Below are positions 1 through 12,950 of a DNA stretch of 64,000 nt, piece by piece (position 1 is the first letter of the stretch; each line of letters opens with the position of its first letter). The DNA is from Eledone cirrhosa (lineage: Eukaryota). The notes beneath the pieces were generated by a model that was not told where the DNA came from, searched no databases, and saw nothing but the letters and a program-made list of their open reading frames with translations. The DNA lies in NCBI GenBank assembly GCA_964016885.1, contig OZ024743.1:373240001-373304000 (forward strand), read 5' to 3'. A program made the position numbers and the translations under genes.

Positions 1-117
1 ACAAGGTTGGACCTCCAAAATACAGGTTCAGTCCATCTGACAAGTTCCTACACAATTTTCAACTGTCCAATTTCACTCATAAGGCCTGGATAAATTTGAG
101 GTTATGGCCAAGACATT

Positions 118-330
118 TGCTTAAGATTTGACACTAGCTCAAGACTCGACACTAGCTTAAGACTCGACACTCGCTCAAGATTTGATACTTGCTCAAGATT
201 TGACACTTGTTCAGGATTTGACACTTGCTCAAGATTTGATGTTTGCTCAAGATTTGCCACTAGCTCATGATTTGACGCTTGCTCAAGATTTGACACTCGC
301 TCAAAATTTGATACGAGCTCAAGACTCGAC
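118..330. repeat. 18-bp minisatellite (consensus ~GCTCAAGATTTGACACTT), ~12 copies, interrupting a SINE
   Basis: Unit is visibly repeated and explains the periodic ORF 102..296. Confidence 0.9.
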
Positions 331-399
331 AGAGTGGGATTGAGTGTAGGACCTCATGAGTACAATGCAAACTTCTTAACCACTCATCCATACTTGCAC

Positions 400-860
400 T
401 TACTCTCTCTCTCTCTCTCCTAATTATGCATTGAATCTCTAATACTCTATCTATATCCTTATCTCTCTTCCTCCATCTGCTTCTCAATCATACTCTCTAT
501 CTCACTTTCTCTCTATTCCTGTCTCTTAATTATTTAATCACCCTCTCACTGTTGTTCACTATTTCTCTATCTCCCACTTTACTTATACCTGTTAACTTTC
601 TTCTTCTCTCTTTTTCTTAGACCTCCCTCTCTCTCTCAATTATTCTCTCTCTTGCTTACTCCCACTCTCCCACATTCTCTCTCACTCTCTCTCTCCCACT
701 TTCTCTTTCATTCTTTCTCTCTCTTGCTTACTTCCTCTCCTCCACTTTCTCTCTCACTATCTCTCTCTTGGTTGCTTACTCTCTCTCTCTCGTTTACCCT
801 CTCTCCCATTCTCTCTCTTGCTTACTCCCTCTCTCTCACTTTCTCTCTCTCTTGCAACCA

Positions 861-906
<46 letters not shown>

Positions 907-1420
907 TTCTCTCTTACTCATACCCCCCCCCCCCCACCAGTTGCTCTTAACCCCCTATTAAGTAGACATTTTTTTTTATTTAACAAATCGAAATTCAGAC
1001 ATCAAACAAAATTACGATCAATATGAAGAGTTTAACAAACAATGTAGTTTGAACTAGGCAAGACCAATTCAGAAGCAAACCATACATAAACACACACATG
1101 CACACACTTATACAGACACACACACACATGCACACACTTATACAGGTACACACTTACACAGACACACACACATGCGGGCACTTATACAGACACACACACA
1201 CACATGCACATACTTATACAGGCACACACATAATGGTAAACAGTCAGTTTATTCTGGAACCAGAAGATATTCATACATACATACATACATGCATACATAC
1301 ATACATATGTGCGTACGTACGTATTTACATATATATGTACATACATACAAGCAGGCAGAAAGCTAGATAGATACACACACACACACTCACATATATTTTT
1401 ATATATATATATATATATAT
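400..1420. repeat. Low-complexity (CT)n tract followed by (CA)/(TACA)/(TA) microsatellites
   Basis: Read directly from the sequence. Confidence 0.9.
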
Positions 1421-1463
1421 ACACGATATTAACAAATGGAAACTATATTTATAAAACCATATT

Positions 1464-1528
1464 TATTTCATTATATATATTTCAAGGACACCAAGTTAAA
1501 TTATGGTGTGCTTTCATCAGATAAAATA
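1464..1528 (-). ncRNA. Type I hammerhead ribozyme motif (minimal, Penelope-type)
   Basis: Minus strand reads TATTTTAT-CTGATGA-AAGCACACCA(loop)TGGTGTCCTT-GAAA-TATATA-TA^ATGAAATA: full core, 8-bp stem I, 9/10-bp stem II, palindromic short stem III. Confidence 0.7.
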
Positions 1529-1652
1529 TAATATAGAGCAGTTTTATAAATAAATATTGACATACCCTTAAAGAATGCAACCATTACTGTTGGAAGCTCC
1601 TGGATAGGGATAAGGGTATGTCAATATTTATTTATAAAACTGCTCTATATTA

Positions 1653-1717
1653 TATTTTATCTGATGAAAGCACACCATAATTTAACTTGGTGTCCTTGAA
1701 ATATGTATAATGAAATA
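1653..1717 (+). ncRNA. Type I hammerhead ribozyme motif (mirror copy)
   Basis: TATTTTAT-CTGATGA(1661-1667)-AAGCACACCA..TGGTGTCCTT-GAAA-TATGTA-TA^ATGAAATA. Confidence 0.7.
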
Positions 1718-1844
1718 AATATGGTTTTATAAATATAGTTTCCACTTGTTGATATCGTATTTTTACTCCAATTATTTGTTGAGTGCTTTATATCAGTTAT
1801 AAAAATATTTGCTTGTTGTATCCCAACAATTTAAATAGATCTTT

Positions 1845-1896
<52 letters not shown>

Positions 1897-2461
1897 CCGC
1901 GATAATATTGCTTTTTGCTGAACTCCTTATTGTAGAGTTTTTTTTCGGAATGTTTTTGACTGTTGTTTCATGTAAACAAACATTCGTCTCATTCTGACGT
2001 CACCAGCCCTGTTTTTCCACATGTGCGTTTTATTTTCATAATCACGCATGATGTTAAACTAGCCTGCTTTTAAATTCTCTTTTTGGCATATTAATCAGTG
2101 AGAATCTGGCTATCGTGTTGAGCTCTGCTGATGATCGTATTCCAACTGTGACCATCTTCATTGAAAGTTTACATGAAATAGTCTTTTTCAAGACTATACA
2201 GAGCATTTGTAGTTGTCCCAAATTGAAGGATGAGTATTTTAAACTTTATTTTATCATGAGTTAAGGCTCTATTGATTTTTCCCTGGATTTCACTAAATTC
2301 TGTTGGATAAATCTATATCCTGATTTTTTTTGAATTGAGTTTGAATTATTTTTCCCACATCTTACGTTAACTATTTTCCCATTTTGACGCTATAGTCACT
2401 TATATGTTATGGAATACTGTTGGCTTCTTGCTACAATACTTTCTATACCTTTCATTTATAT

Positions 2462-3418
2462 ACTAGACATGAAAAATGCGCAAGCTCAAAAGTGCCACAG
2501 AATGTTATAATAAACCTTCAAAAGTGTGGGACTAGAGTTGTTGCTAAAAAATATTGTAATCATTATATATCGTACATTCTGTGGCATCCTTTATAAAAAT
2601 AGCTTAAACCAACGAAGCCTTTATTTTTACGCTATTTCACTTAGTTAATTCTTAGAGTGTAACATATAAAAATATGATTTACAACTATAAAATAAATTAA
2701 TTAATATAATAACAGAGCTGCGGAGCTGAAATTTAGGAAATAATGGAGTATCGGATCCTGAGTTGGAGCCAGTCAATTTTTGGCCGACTCCGCAGCCCTG
2801 TATAATACATTTCATATTAAAGTTATTAATAAACCTATTTTACACTTCATGCAAATTACCACGAGATATTGATATTAGATATAAGATACAGCGCAATATC
2901 TACAGCTGTAAAAGTACGAAAGCGAAGTAATAATAAGTGGCTTAAGGTAATTCCAATATGAAAGTTTGTAGTGATAAAAATTTGATAATGCAATACGATT
3001 GTTAATATTATAGTTCTATGAAAATGTAACAATAGATAACTAAATTATTTTACTATTAGTATATTTAAGAAATTATCATTATAGATTTGATCGTTCATAT
3101 AAGCATCATATTAAGTTTCAACACAATTATTTTGTTACTATGAGTATATGATAATAATATTACGTAATTATTTATAGCTGTTATTACATTAAACATAGAT
3201 GTATTTATTTTTATATGTTACACTCTAAGAATTAACTAAGTGAAATAGCGTAAAAATAAAGGCTTCGTTGGTTTAAGCTATTTTTATAAAGGATGCCACA
3301 GAATGTACGATATATAATGATTACAATATTTTTTAGCAACAACTCTAGTCCCACACTTTTGAAGGTTTATTATAACATTCTGTGGCACTTTTGAGCTTGC
3401 GCATTTTTCATGTCTAGT
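2462..3418. mobile_element. Fold-back/MITE-like element with 213-bp inverted arms (2462-2674 / 3206-3418)
   Basis: Arms appear to be exact reverse complements with ACTAG...CTAGT termini and no coding capacity. Confidence 0.8.
2713..2800. mobile_element. 88-bp hAT-like MITE nested in the fold-back spacer
   Basis: TIRs CAGAGCTGCGGAG / CTCCGCAGCCCTG; flanking 8-mers TATAATAA / TATAATAC (7/8) fit an 8-bp TSD. Confidence 0.65.
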
Positions 3419-4535
3419 TTAATATTTTTTTAAGGCAACGCTTGTAATAACTCTAGTTAAACAGGATATATATTAATAATAAATTATCGTTGTAATGTAA
3501 TTAGATTATGTAATTGTTATTATAAATTATCTTATAAATATTAGTGTAAGATGTATAAAAATATTTTCAGACTTTTAATATAAACAACTACAAAAAACAA
3601 TCAATATTAAATCAATATATTATACATAATAGAAAACATAAAATATACAATACAAAAACAAAATATTTACATACAATTGCAATTATCAGTGTATATACAT
3701 TTTCTTTATATTCCCTGAGCAAATTAATAAGATTTGTTTTTATTGTACATAATTTGATGACTTGTTGGAGTGTATTAAAAGATAGCAACAATTTGTGATT
3801 AAATTGTTATCTTAAGCAACTCACTTTTTAATAGTTGTTGGCTGAGCGAAATTGTAAAAGCCTATGAGCAAATATAAAAAAAAATACACAAACAACATTT
3901 CCTTGTGTTATTACAACATTAGATAAAATAATTGAGCAATGTCGTTATATTTTGCTCTTATTGCACATTAATAGTGTTTCTATTTTTCAGCACAAATCCA
4001 TTACGGCAGTCCATTACTGGTACTTTATTTTATCGAATTAGTAAGTATGAAAGTCGAAGTTAACCTCGGCAGGATTTGAACTTAGAATGCAAAGGACCAT
4101 AACAATACTGCAAAGCATGGTGTCTGACGCTCTACCAATACTTGTGTTGAGCTGGTCATTAATTCATGGTGGTCGTGCGTGGAGTAGAGCAATCGCTAGT
4201 TGAAATATTATGAACAAAACATTTTTATTTGCCGAAGAACATATTTTCAATACTGTTTGTGAATGTGACGAAGGAAATACATTCTGATATGGAACAGTGT
4301 ACAAAGTGTGTCTGTGAATAACATAATGTTACCTCATGTTGTTGTCAAGACATAATGGATTTCGTATATCCAGTTAGAAGATGAAACCTAGCCATCTCGG
4401 ATTAGTTATATTTCATGCCATGTGTAAACGTGTTTGAGGATAGCAAAATATGCGCGTTAATTATAATAATTAGTTAATAATATTACAAAATATACCTAAT
4501 TAAACTCTTTGCTTGAAATTTTATCATTCTTCGTT

Positions 4536-4566
<31 letters not shown>

Positions 4567-5927
4567 GGAGAGAGAGAGAGAGATTTATCTAGTCCTTCGC
4601 TCAAGATTAATCTATAAGTTTAGATGTTTGCCTTCGTTTAAGTAAATATTACAGTGATTTTTAATATAAACAACTACAAAAAACAATTAATATTAAAACG
4701 AAAAAATTATCAATGATAAAAGAAGCGGATGCAACTTTTTTTTTTATAAAGTTATATTCCTGTTTCTTTAAAGAACATTTCATTTTTGTTCTATTGTAGG
4801 CGAAATAATGCAATGGTTTAATAGGGAAGATATAACTTACGAATTATGTCTCTAACCGTGTAACGCTTTTTAAGTAGATAACTACAATTGAAAATACTAA
4901 AGAAATGGAACCAACAATTCAATTTGAAAGTCGTCTACTTATAGTGACAGTGTATTACTGGTACTTTATTTTATCGACCCCGTAACGATGAAAGGCAAAA
5001 ATGCAAATGCTTAAAATTTAAATTGCCTTAATTCTATCGTCTGCTGTTTCATTAAAGGGAGATTCTCGTCTGTATTTAATTCTATCGTCTACTGTTCCAC
5101 TAAACAGATATACCTCCACTATCGTCTCTATTTATACATTTTAACTTATAACTTATACACATTTGATTTGAAATATTTTATCTAGTCCCCCCTCTCAATA
5201 TTATGATGATTTCTTTCGAATGAAACAGTTCTAGTCCTGTAGAAGCCATTTATATATATAATTGAACTGAGTTAAAAATTCACAATATTTATAATTAAAT
5301 AAGCTCATATATATATGTGTGTATTTATCTGTTTATTGTATTATATATAATGTGTGTATATACAGGATGTCCCCTAAAAATATATACACACTTCAACAGC
5401 ATTCTAATAACTATTGCCTGTACAGGTAATCAAAGTGTCAATCGAATGTTAGTTTCGTGTTTTAACAGTACAAATTTACAATACACACATAAAACCAGTG
5501 TATATACATACATGAGTGTGTATACACATACATGAATGTGTATATACAATATATATAGACACATATATTCACGGTGCAACGGTACATTAAAATATAGATG
5601 CGGGAGAGGGGGGGGGGGTGTATATATAGGGGCGCTGGGGATAAAGGAGTGTAAAGCGTGTGTAATTGATATATTAGAGGAGAGGAGCGTGCAGCGATAG
5701 AGTAACAAATATATAGAGAGGGGGAGAGATGGTATTGAAGGGGAGGAGTGCAAAGCGAAAGAGTAAGAGATATATATAGAGACGGAACAGATAGAGAGAA
5801 ACAGGCGTAAGTAACAGTGGAAGAGATATAGAGAGAGGTACTCTGATTGGTTGAAAATTAGCCAATGACATACGATCACCACCACCACGGCTATCCCCGA
5901 AAATTTTTTAAAGAAGCTAGGCATATA

Positions 5928-5982
5928 TGTTAGAACACGAAAAGTGAACATTCTGTTGTTTCACACTTTTCGTGTTCTAACA
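5928..5982. repeat. Perfect 19-bp-stem hairpin
   Basis: TGTTAGAACACGAAAAGTG ... CACTTTTCGTGTTCTAACA. Confidence 0.8.
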
Positions 5983-6061
5983 GATATATATATAGTAGTA
6001 AAAAAACCAGGAGGTTGTATCTGAAGTTGGAAAAGCACTCAGTCCAAAGAACAAGTTTGGT

Positions 6062-6258
6062 ATAGAGTTAATTCCACAACAAATTAACAAACCATATTGA
6101 AGGACATGTGTTTCACCAGAGGGATTTTCAACTCGTGTATGGCTACAGTTAGATATATACTTCCATTCTCACTGCAGCTATACACAAGTTGAAAGTCCCT
6201 CTGGTGAAACACGTGTCCTCGAATATGGTTTGCTAATTTGTTATGGAACAAACTCTCT
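6062..6258. repeat. Imperfect ~200-bp fold-back containing a hammerhead-like 3' half (GAAACACGTGTC)
   Basis: Arms ~6062-6150 and ~6172-6258 are reverse complements. No CTGANGA half was found. Confidence 0.7.
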
Positions 6259-6397
6259 ATCTCTCTCTGTATATAAATATTTATATTAAGTATTTCCGTA
6301 GGAAAGGAGAGTGCTCTATGTAGGCTACAGAGCTCTTTAGTAATAAACAACATAATGTAATAAACACCATTATGTAATAAACAACATAAGACAATTA

Positions 6398-6469
6398 TTC
6401 CATTTACCAAAGGTTTCACAATGACAGATGAGTGCGACACAGGCGTCTGAAATTGTTCGTCAGAATGAA
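6398..6469 (-). ncRNA. Type I hammerhead ribozyme motif, family B (long stem II)
   Basis: Minus strand reads TTCATT-CTGACGA-ACAAT...ATTGT-GAAA-CC TTT GG-TA^AATGGA: full core with stems I, II and III pairing. Confidence 0.75.
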
Positions 6470-6720
6470 ATTTTATTTGCAGTGTATGTGAGATATGAAT
6501 TTCAAAACAAAGCCTAAAACAATTGAAAGCGAGGCTGACATAAAATAAAATAAAATAACGTCCGTTAATGTAAAATAATTGTCTTATGTTGTTTATCACA
6601 TAACTATATATATATATTAATGCGATGAAATACCAATGATCGTTGGCAAATCACTGATGAGGGACTAATTTTATAATATGTAATCCATGTGCAACCATGC
6701 AGTATTCTTCTCCCCATGTT

Positions 6721-6767
<47 letters not shown>

Positions 6768-6863
6768 AACGAAGTAATTCCGTCGGAAAAGTCCAGGAAA
6801 AAAGAGTGCTCTATGTAGGTAACAGAGCTTAATAGTTATGTAATAAACAACATAAGGCAATTA

Positions 6864-6923
6864 TTCCATTTACCAGTGGTTTCTTAAAAGCAAAAGATTT
6901 TGCTTTCAATCCTCAGAATGAAA
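6864..6923 (-). ncRNA. Type I hammerhead ribozyme motif, family B
   Basis: Reverse complement of 7021-7080. Confidence 0.7.
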
Positions 6924-7020
6924 AAATCCTGGTCTGTTTATTGAATTTGGATTTTTTTTTTTTTTAAATCCAAATTCCAAATTAAAAAAAAATCCAAATT
7001 CAATAAACAGACCAGGATTT

Positions 7021-7080
7021 TTTCATTCTGAGGATTGAAAGCAAAATCTTTTGCTTTTAAGAAACCACTGGTAAATGGAA
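7021..7080 (+). ncRNA. Type I hammerhead ribozyme motif, family B
   Basis: TTTCATT-CTGAGGA-TTGAAAGCAAAA TC TTTTGCTTTTAA-GAAA-CC ACT GG-TA^AATGGAA. Confidence 0.7.
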
Positions 7081-7514
7081 TAATTGCCTTATGTTGTTTA
7101 TTACATAACTATATATATATATATATATACGGGAAGATAAATTAAATTTCGTTTGTGTAGATCAAATCAATTATGTTTGAAGTGAATGTGTAAACAAAAT
7201 AAATATGGAGGACTGCTTAGCAAATATGGTACAGGAAATATGGTAAAGGAAAAAATCAGGAAAAACTAAACAGGAAGATGTGGACAGAAGGAGAAATTTA
7301 TTGTGTGTTCAATCTTTAACATATGTTTCTGTACAAATACATAACAGTCTACATCCACTGACTACATTACATACTACATGTTCATTTGTATGTATTACAT
7401 GTCTGTGATTACACTTCATCAGAAAGAGGAAAAGAAAAAAAAACGTTTTAACAGGGAAGAAAAATTGGTTATACCCTTAGTTATGGGTACCACATTTCTG
7501 AGTATAATCAATTT

Positions 7515-7717
7515 GTGTAGGTGTCACAACAAAAAGCACCCAGCCCACACTGTAAATGTGGTTGGCTAGGAAGGGCACCCAGCTGCAGAAACTAAGCCAG
7601 AAACAGTTCTGTGTGAGCAAGACACAGTCACCTGACCCAGCTTGTCTCAAACGAGACAACTCGTCTAATCCATGCTAGTGTGGAAGATAGAAGTTAAACG
7701 ATGATGAGGATGATGAT
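7515..7717 (+). mobile_element. RTE 3'-UTR-derived repeat ending in (GAT)n; further copies near 9368-9523, 13730-13892, 26775-26953, 34590-34880, 43825-44240 (-), 46510-46862 (-)
   Basis: Shares AGGAAGGGCA.CCAGCTGTAGAAA...CCATGCTAGC.TGGAA...TTAAACGATGATGAT with the 3' UTRs of the RTE copies at 47-56 kb. Confidence 0.75.
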
Positions 7718-7718
7718 G

Positions 7719-7749
<31 letters not shown>

Positions 7750-10700
7750 CATCATCGTTTTTCCATCCACTTTTCCATGCGTGCATGGGTTACACACACA
7801 CATGCACACACACAAACATGCACGCGCACACACACACACACACACACATACACAGAGACACACACACATTGATTAAATGAAGTTAATTGTCCAATACATT
7901 TAGATAATTTACTTTAACTGGAATGCAATTAAAATTATATTGTATCTCAGATGAAAATGCTTATTTATTGGAACTAGGAAGCCCCTTGCTCTATTAGTGT
8001 GTATGTCTTTACTCAATAATAGGTTAAACTATGTCATTTCCTGTTTCATTGTTTATTTAAGATAAGATAGGTGTGGGGAAGTTCTATATATTTTATCTTA
8101 TCTAGAAGTTGCTTCTCTTTAATGTTCTATTATACTATGGAGCAGCTTTATTAATATATCCTTGTCTGATGATACGTTGCAAATGTGACTACTAATATTA
8201 TATTCATATTAATTACTAGGTTAACATTTATATTTTGATGACTATCAAAAAATTGCAGAATCATTGTTAAGTTCTTTAGACTGTGTTTGGCTTGCCTCAA
8301 AAATTATTGCAAGGAAATTACACTGCTCCTTGATGTGAAGTATAATGGGGTGTATGGGCATGCACTTTTTTATATAAAATTTTTGTATATAAATTGTGTT
8401 TATTTACTAACATTTAATAAAAGCTGCCATCATGAAAATGTTTATTATTATGATATTTACACTGCTAAATTCCCCAGAGTAGAAGACCTGTACATCGTTA
8501 ACCTCACAACATAGGTAACCCTTTCATTACAATATTTCTAATGATATATACTGTATCTCAATTACTTAATGAAGAATATGGAGGAATTTAATTAAGATGG
8601 TATTTGTAACATAATTTAATGACAGGTTCTTATATCAAATTACATGGGAAAATTTAAATTTAAATATGAACCCATTAAAATGGATGGTTTTGTTTCACAG
8701 AAACTGAACCGAATTAGGGTAGGTTAGTATGAAAATGGTTAATTATGAATTAAAACACTGAAGGATCTTCCAGTATGTGGAATTGTGACATATAGACAAT
8801 AACAGATTTAAAGTGTTATAATTACATTAAGGAATATTACTTGAAGATGCAGCTCACCGAGTTTAATAATTCAATTGGTGGAATTAGACAAATATTGGAT
8901 TTATTGATATTAAATGGAATATTTCATCTTTCATATCAATTGATATAATGATATTATATATTTCACACAATTGATTAACTTTGAGAATCAATCTGATTAT
9001 TTTCTATTTTACAAATAATTCAAATCCAAATAAATTATTGGAATAAGATACATCCTTAAAGCATCTGTAAATATTTGAAATGACTGAGTTAAGTATGGTG
9101 TGAAATATTTCTACTTTAACCCTTTTGTAGAAAATAGTGTATTTTTTAGAGGGGTTCAGCAATGTAAATAGGATATTAAATGTTAAAAATAATAACAAAG
9201 TTGTTGGAATGTTACCTTGGAGGTGTTTAATAACCCTTAATATTTTGGAATAAAATCACATCATCAAAAGAAGTGTTTGGAAAACTTTGTATTTTAAGTA
9301 ATTAATGAAGACTTTGGGAAATATTCACTAAAATCATGATTTTCATTAAGATAATGAAAATTATATTGACATTAGGAAGGGTATCCAGCTGTAGAAACCA
9401 ATCCAGAAGCAGTTCTATATGAGCAAGACATGGTCACTTGACCCAACTTGCCTCAAATGGGACAACTCGTCTAACCCATGCTAGCATGGAAAGTGGACAT
9501 TAAACGATGATGATGATGATGATAATATTTGTAAGATAAAATGTTTTTATATAAAATTATATTGGAAGGTTTTAATTTTATTAGGGACCTTTTATAATAG
9601 TGGTAGGTTGGTAACAAAAGAGTTAAAACCTATTCTCAAAGGCAAAATAAATTAGGCACATTTTTTTCCTATCTTCACCAAATAATGTTTTTTTTTCATC
9701 TTCTCTCTCTTCCTGGGAAATCCATTTGGCTTTCCTGTATTTTCAGCAGCCATTTTAGTTTTACTAAGAAAACTATCAAAAACTCATCTATTAAGGATTT
9801 CAAATTATTCACTTTCACATTAGTTGTAGTATTTTTAACATAAAGAAAAATATTACAATAGTGGAAAGCAAAAAAAACAACAAAAACAAAACAACTTAAA
9901 GTCTGTCCCAAGTTCGGAGGCTCATCAGGCTGTTGCTTATTCCAGTTTCCTTGGTGTTAAGTGACTTAGAATAAAAGACTTCTTCCTGAACACGGTGCTA
10001 GTCTATCACAGGGTTAAACCCCCAGATACTGCTGGTACTCATTTTTAACTGGGCGTACTGGAGCAATGTGAAATGAAGTGTTTTGCTTAAGAACCCAACA
10101 TGTCACCAGGGCTAGGAATCGAACCTGCAACAATATGATTGTAAGTCCAACACTCTAACCACTTAGCCATATGCTTTCCCAATGTTGAATAGCTGTTAAA
10201 ATATTGTTTCAAATTGACATTCACTGATTACGGCAAGTACTTTTCATTCAGATATGTGTTATTAATAACTTGCATGAATGACTTTTATCTTATTATCAAC
10301 AAATCATTGACAATAATAATACATCATTAGAGATTTCATAACAATTAGCTTTAATAATAATTTCTAATTTAGGCACAAGGCCAGCAATTTAGGGAGAGGT
10401 AGGAAGGTCGATTATATAGACTCCAGTTTAGACACAAGGCCAGCAATTTAAGGAGAGTTAGGAAGGTCGATTACGTCAACCCACAGTTATTTACTGGTAC
10501 ATTATTTTATCAACCTTGTACGGATGAAAGGCAATGCTAACTTCAATTGTATTTGAACTCAGACCATAAACAGCCATAACTATATGCCACAAAGCATATT
10601 GTCTGATGCTCTGCCAATGCTGAAAATCCACCAAAAATAATACATTATTATAGTTTTCATAATGAATAGCTTTAATAAGGATTTCTAATTTAGGCACAAG

Positions 10701-11605
10701 GCCAGCAATTTAAGGAGAATAGAGCAAGTTGATTATATGAACTCAGGTTTTTTACTGGTGCTAAATGTTTTCAACCCCTGGAAGGACGAAAGGCAAAGTT
10801 GATCTCAGCAGGATTAGAATTTAGAACATAAAGAGCAAGCACAAATATTGCTAAACATTTTGTCCGACATTTGAATGTCTCTGTCAATCCACCATCCTTC
10901 AATAACAACATAACTCTCTCGTTTCATTCATGTGTATCATATTAATTGTATTGATATAACACAAACCTCATTGAATAGGGAAGATTGTTTTCATTGATAG
11001 GTGTATGTATTAGGTGTATGTATTAGACAGCCCACTCTAACACATACATGTATGCACACACACAAACATATACTCATACATATATACACAAATATATACA
11101 CATACATACATACAAACACACCCACGTATGCACACACACACACACACATATACACATGCACACACCCATACATACACACACAAATACATATACATGTATA
11201 CACATACACATGCTAATACATTCACAAACATACATTCACATACTTATACACACTCTTTTTAATTCACCCATAGAAAACCAACCTAAAAAAGGGTTAAGGG
11301 ACTCTTCAGAAAGATATAATGACCTCTTTAATACTAGAGCCATGATAAAATGCACTTGGTAGAGTGCAAGATTGTATATTGGGCCCCTGGCCTATCAGAA
11401 CAACCGATAAGGTATGGGAATGTATATAAGCAAGATGTGGGCCTCTGGACCATCTGAGAGGGAAGTGGTTCCATTTGAGTACCGACCAGTCTGTGATGAC
11501 ATGTCCAGCCCTTGCTAGCAGGGAAAATGGTCGTTAAACAATGATGGTGACACACACACACAAACACATACACACACACAAACACACACACATACACACA
11601 CAAAC

Positions 11606-11636
<31 letters not shown>

Positions 11637-11716
11637 GGGTTAGGGTAAAGACTCCTTTTGGTCACAAGTGACAATAGGATTTGCACCTAGAAAGTTCTCA
11701 GAGAGAGAGAGAGAGG

Positions 11717-11747
<31 letters not shown>

Positions 11748-12036
11748 GGAGAGCGAGAGAGGGAAGGAGAAGGAGGGAGGAAAAGATATAAAGGAAGAAT
11801 TAACTCCAGTACAAAGTTGACTTTTCCAGGATTTGAACTCAGAGTACAGACAGCCAAAACAAATCCTGCAAAGCATTCTATCCAATGTTCTAATGGCTAT
11901 ACCAATTAACTGTCTCCACTTAATGAAATACAATGCAGCAATAATATAGTGTTGATGTTATGGTAAATTGCACCCAATGCAATCTGTAAAGTAGTTGAAG
12001 AGTTGTTAGGAAGAGTATCCAGCTGTAGAAACCATG

Positions 12037-12545
12037 TCTTCTTCTTCTTTTCCCACTTATGCCTGAGAAGGTTGTGGGGGCAGAGTCCTCAAAAACTCCT
12101 TCCAGTGGGTCATCTCAGAAGCAACTGTCTCCAACTGATCCGGCTGGATCCCCAAGCAAGACCAGTCTAGCTCATGGATGCTATCAATCCATCTTGCTCG
12201 GTGTCTACCCCTGGGTCACCTGCTGGTGGGTTTTGCCTGTAAAATCTGCCCAGCAATTCTTTCCTGAGACATTCTAACCACATGTCTGTAATATCAGATC
12301 TGCGATCTCTAAATTCAGAGAAGTAGCAGCTCTACTTGGAGTGTCTCTCTGATCTCCGAGCTACACACTCTACAGAGTAGCGTTACTCCAAAGATGCTTC
12401 GGAGGAATCCCATTTCGGCCAATTGTATTCACAATTGTATTCTTTCAGTCATTACCCAAGATTCATCTCCATCGGTAAAGTTGGCACAAATACCGAATTG
12501 AAGATAGTGAGTTTGGCTTTTACACCTACATCCCTTCTGATTACT
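12037..12545 (-). mobile_element. Decayed RTE-clade LINE 3' fragment with a (GAA)n tail
   Basis: Minus strand translates to AEMGFLRSIFGVTLL..SSEIRETLQVE..RSQ..YYRHVVRM with stops, typical of the RTE C-terminus. Confidence 0.65.
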
Positions 12546-12654
12546 GAATGCTTAGAACCATGTCAACATATGTAATGTATGAGCTAGATATGATTATCTG
12601 ACCAGCCTTGTCTTGAACCTAGACAATCTTGAACAATTCATCTTACCAATGCTA

Positions 12655-12950
12655 GTCTCTCATCTGTCCTGTAGTCTGATGGACCATTGGGGTGCCACAG
12701 ATGGCCCGGCAACCAGCTCCTTCCATTCCTCTTGCTTCACCACCTCCCTCATGGTTGCACCCAGCTTCATGCCTGTCCATTCTGGAATATTGTCTTCCCA
12801 CCTCTTTTTCTGTCTGCCTCTCTTCCTCTCTCCTTGTACTGTTCCCTGCAGGACAGTCCTGGCAAGCCTTGAAGATCTTGTCATGTACCTGTACCATCTC
12901 AATTTGCTATTATGGATAGTAGATACAAAATGACGAAGATCTAGCAACTG
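12655..12950 (-). mobile_element. RTE-clade LINE 3' fragment
   Basis: ORF 12660..12947: KLRWYRYMTRSSRLARTVLQGTVQGERKRGRQKKRWEDNI. Confidence 0.75.

Larger units (their letters stand above)
1423..1758. mobile_element. Fold-back element A: ~148-bp inverted arms (1423-1570 / 1611-1758) with a 40-bp spacer, between (TA)n tracts
   Basis: Arms are reverse complements with only a few mismatches, and each contains a hammerhead motif. Confidence 0.8.
6832..7112. mobile_element. Fold-back element B: near-perfect ~280-bp palindrome between (TA)n tracts; related to the element at ~6300-6607
   Basis: Arms ~6832-6965 and ~6984-7112 are reverse complements. It shares AGAGTGCTCTATGTAGG and GTAATAAACAACATAAG..AATTATTCCATTTACCA with 6308-6410. 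Confidence 0.85.

Noticed and set aside
102-296. Repetitive SNLEQV ORF
   Set aside because: It is the translation of an 18-bp minisatellite inside a SINE.
2128-2170. CTGATGA...GAAA possible hammerhead
   Set aside because: Stems I and II do not pair, and it lies in an unrelated repeat.
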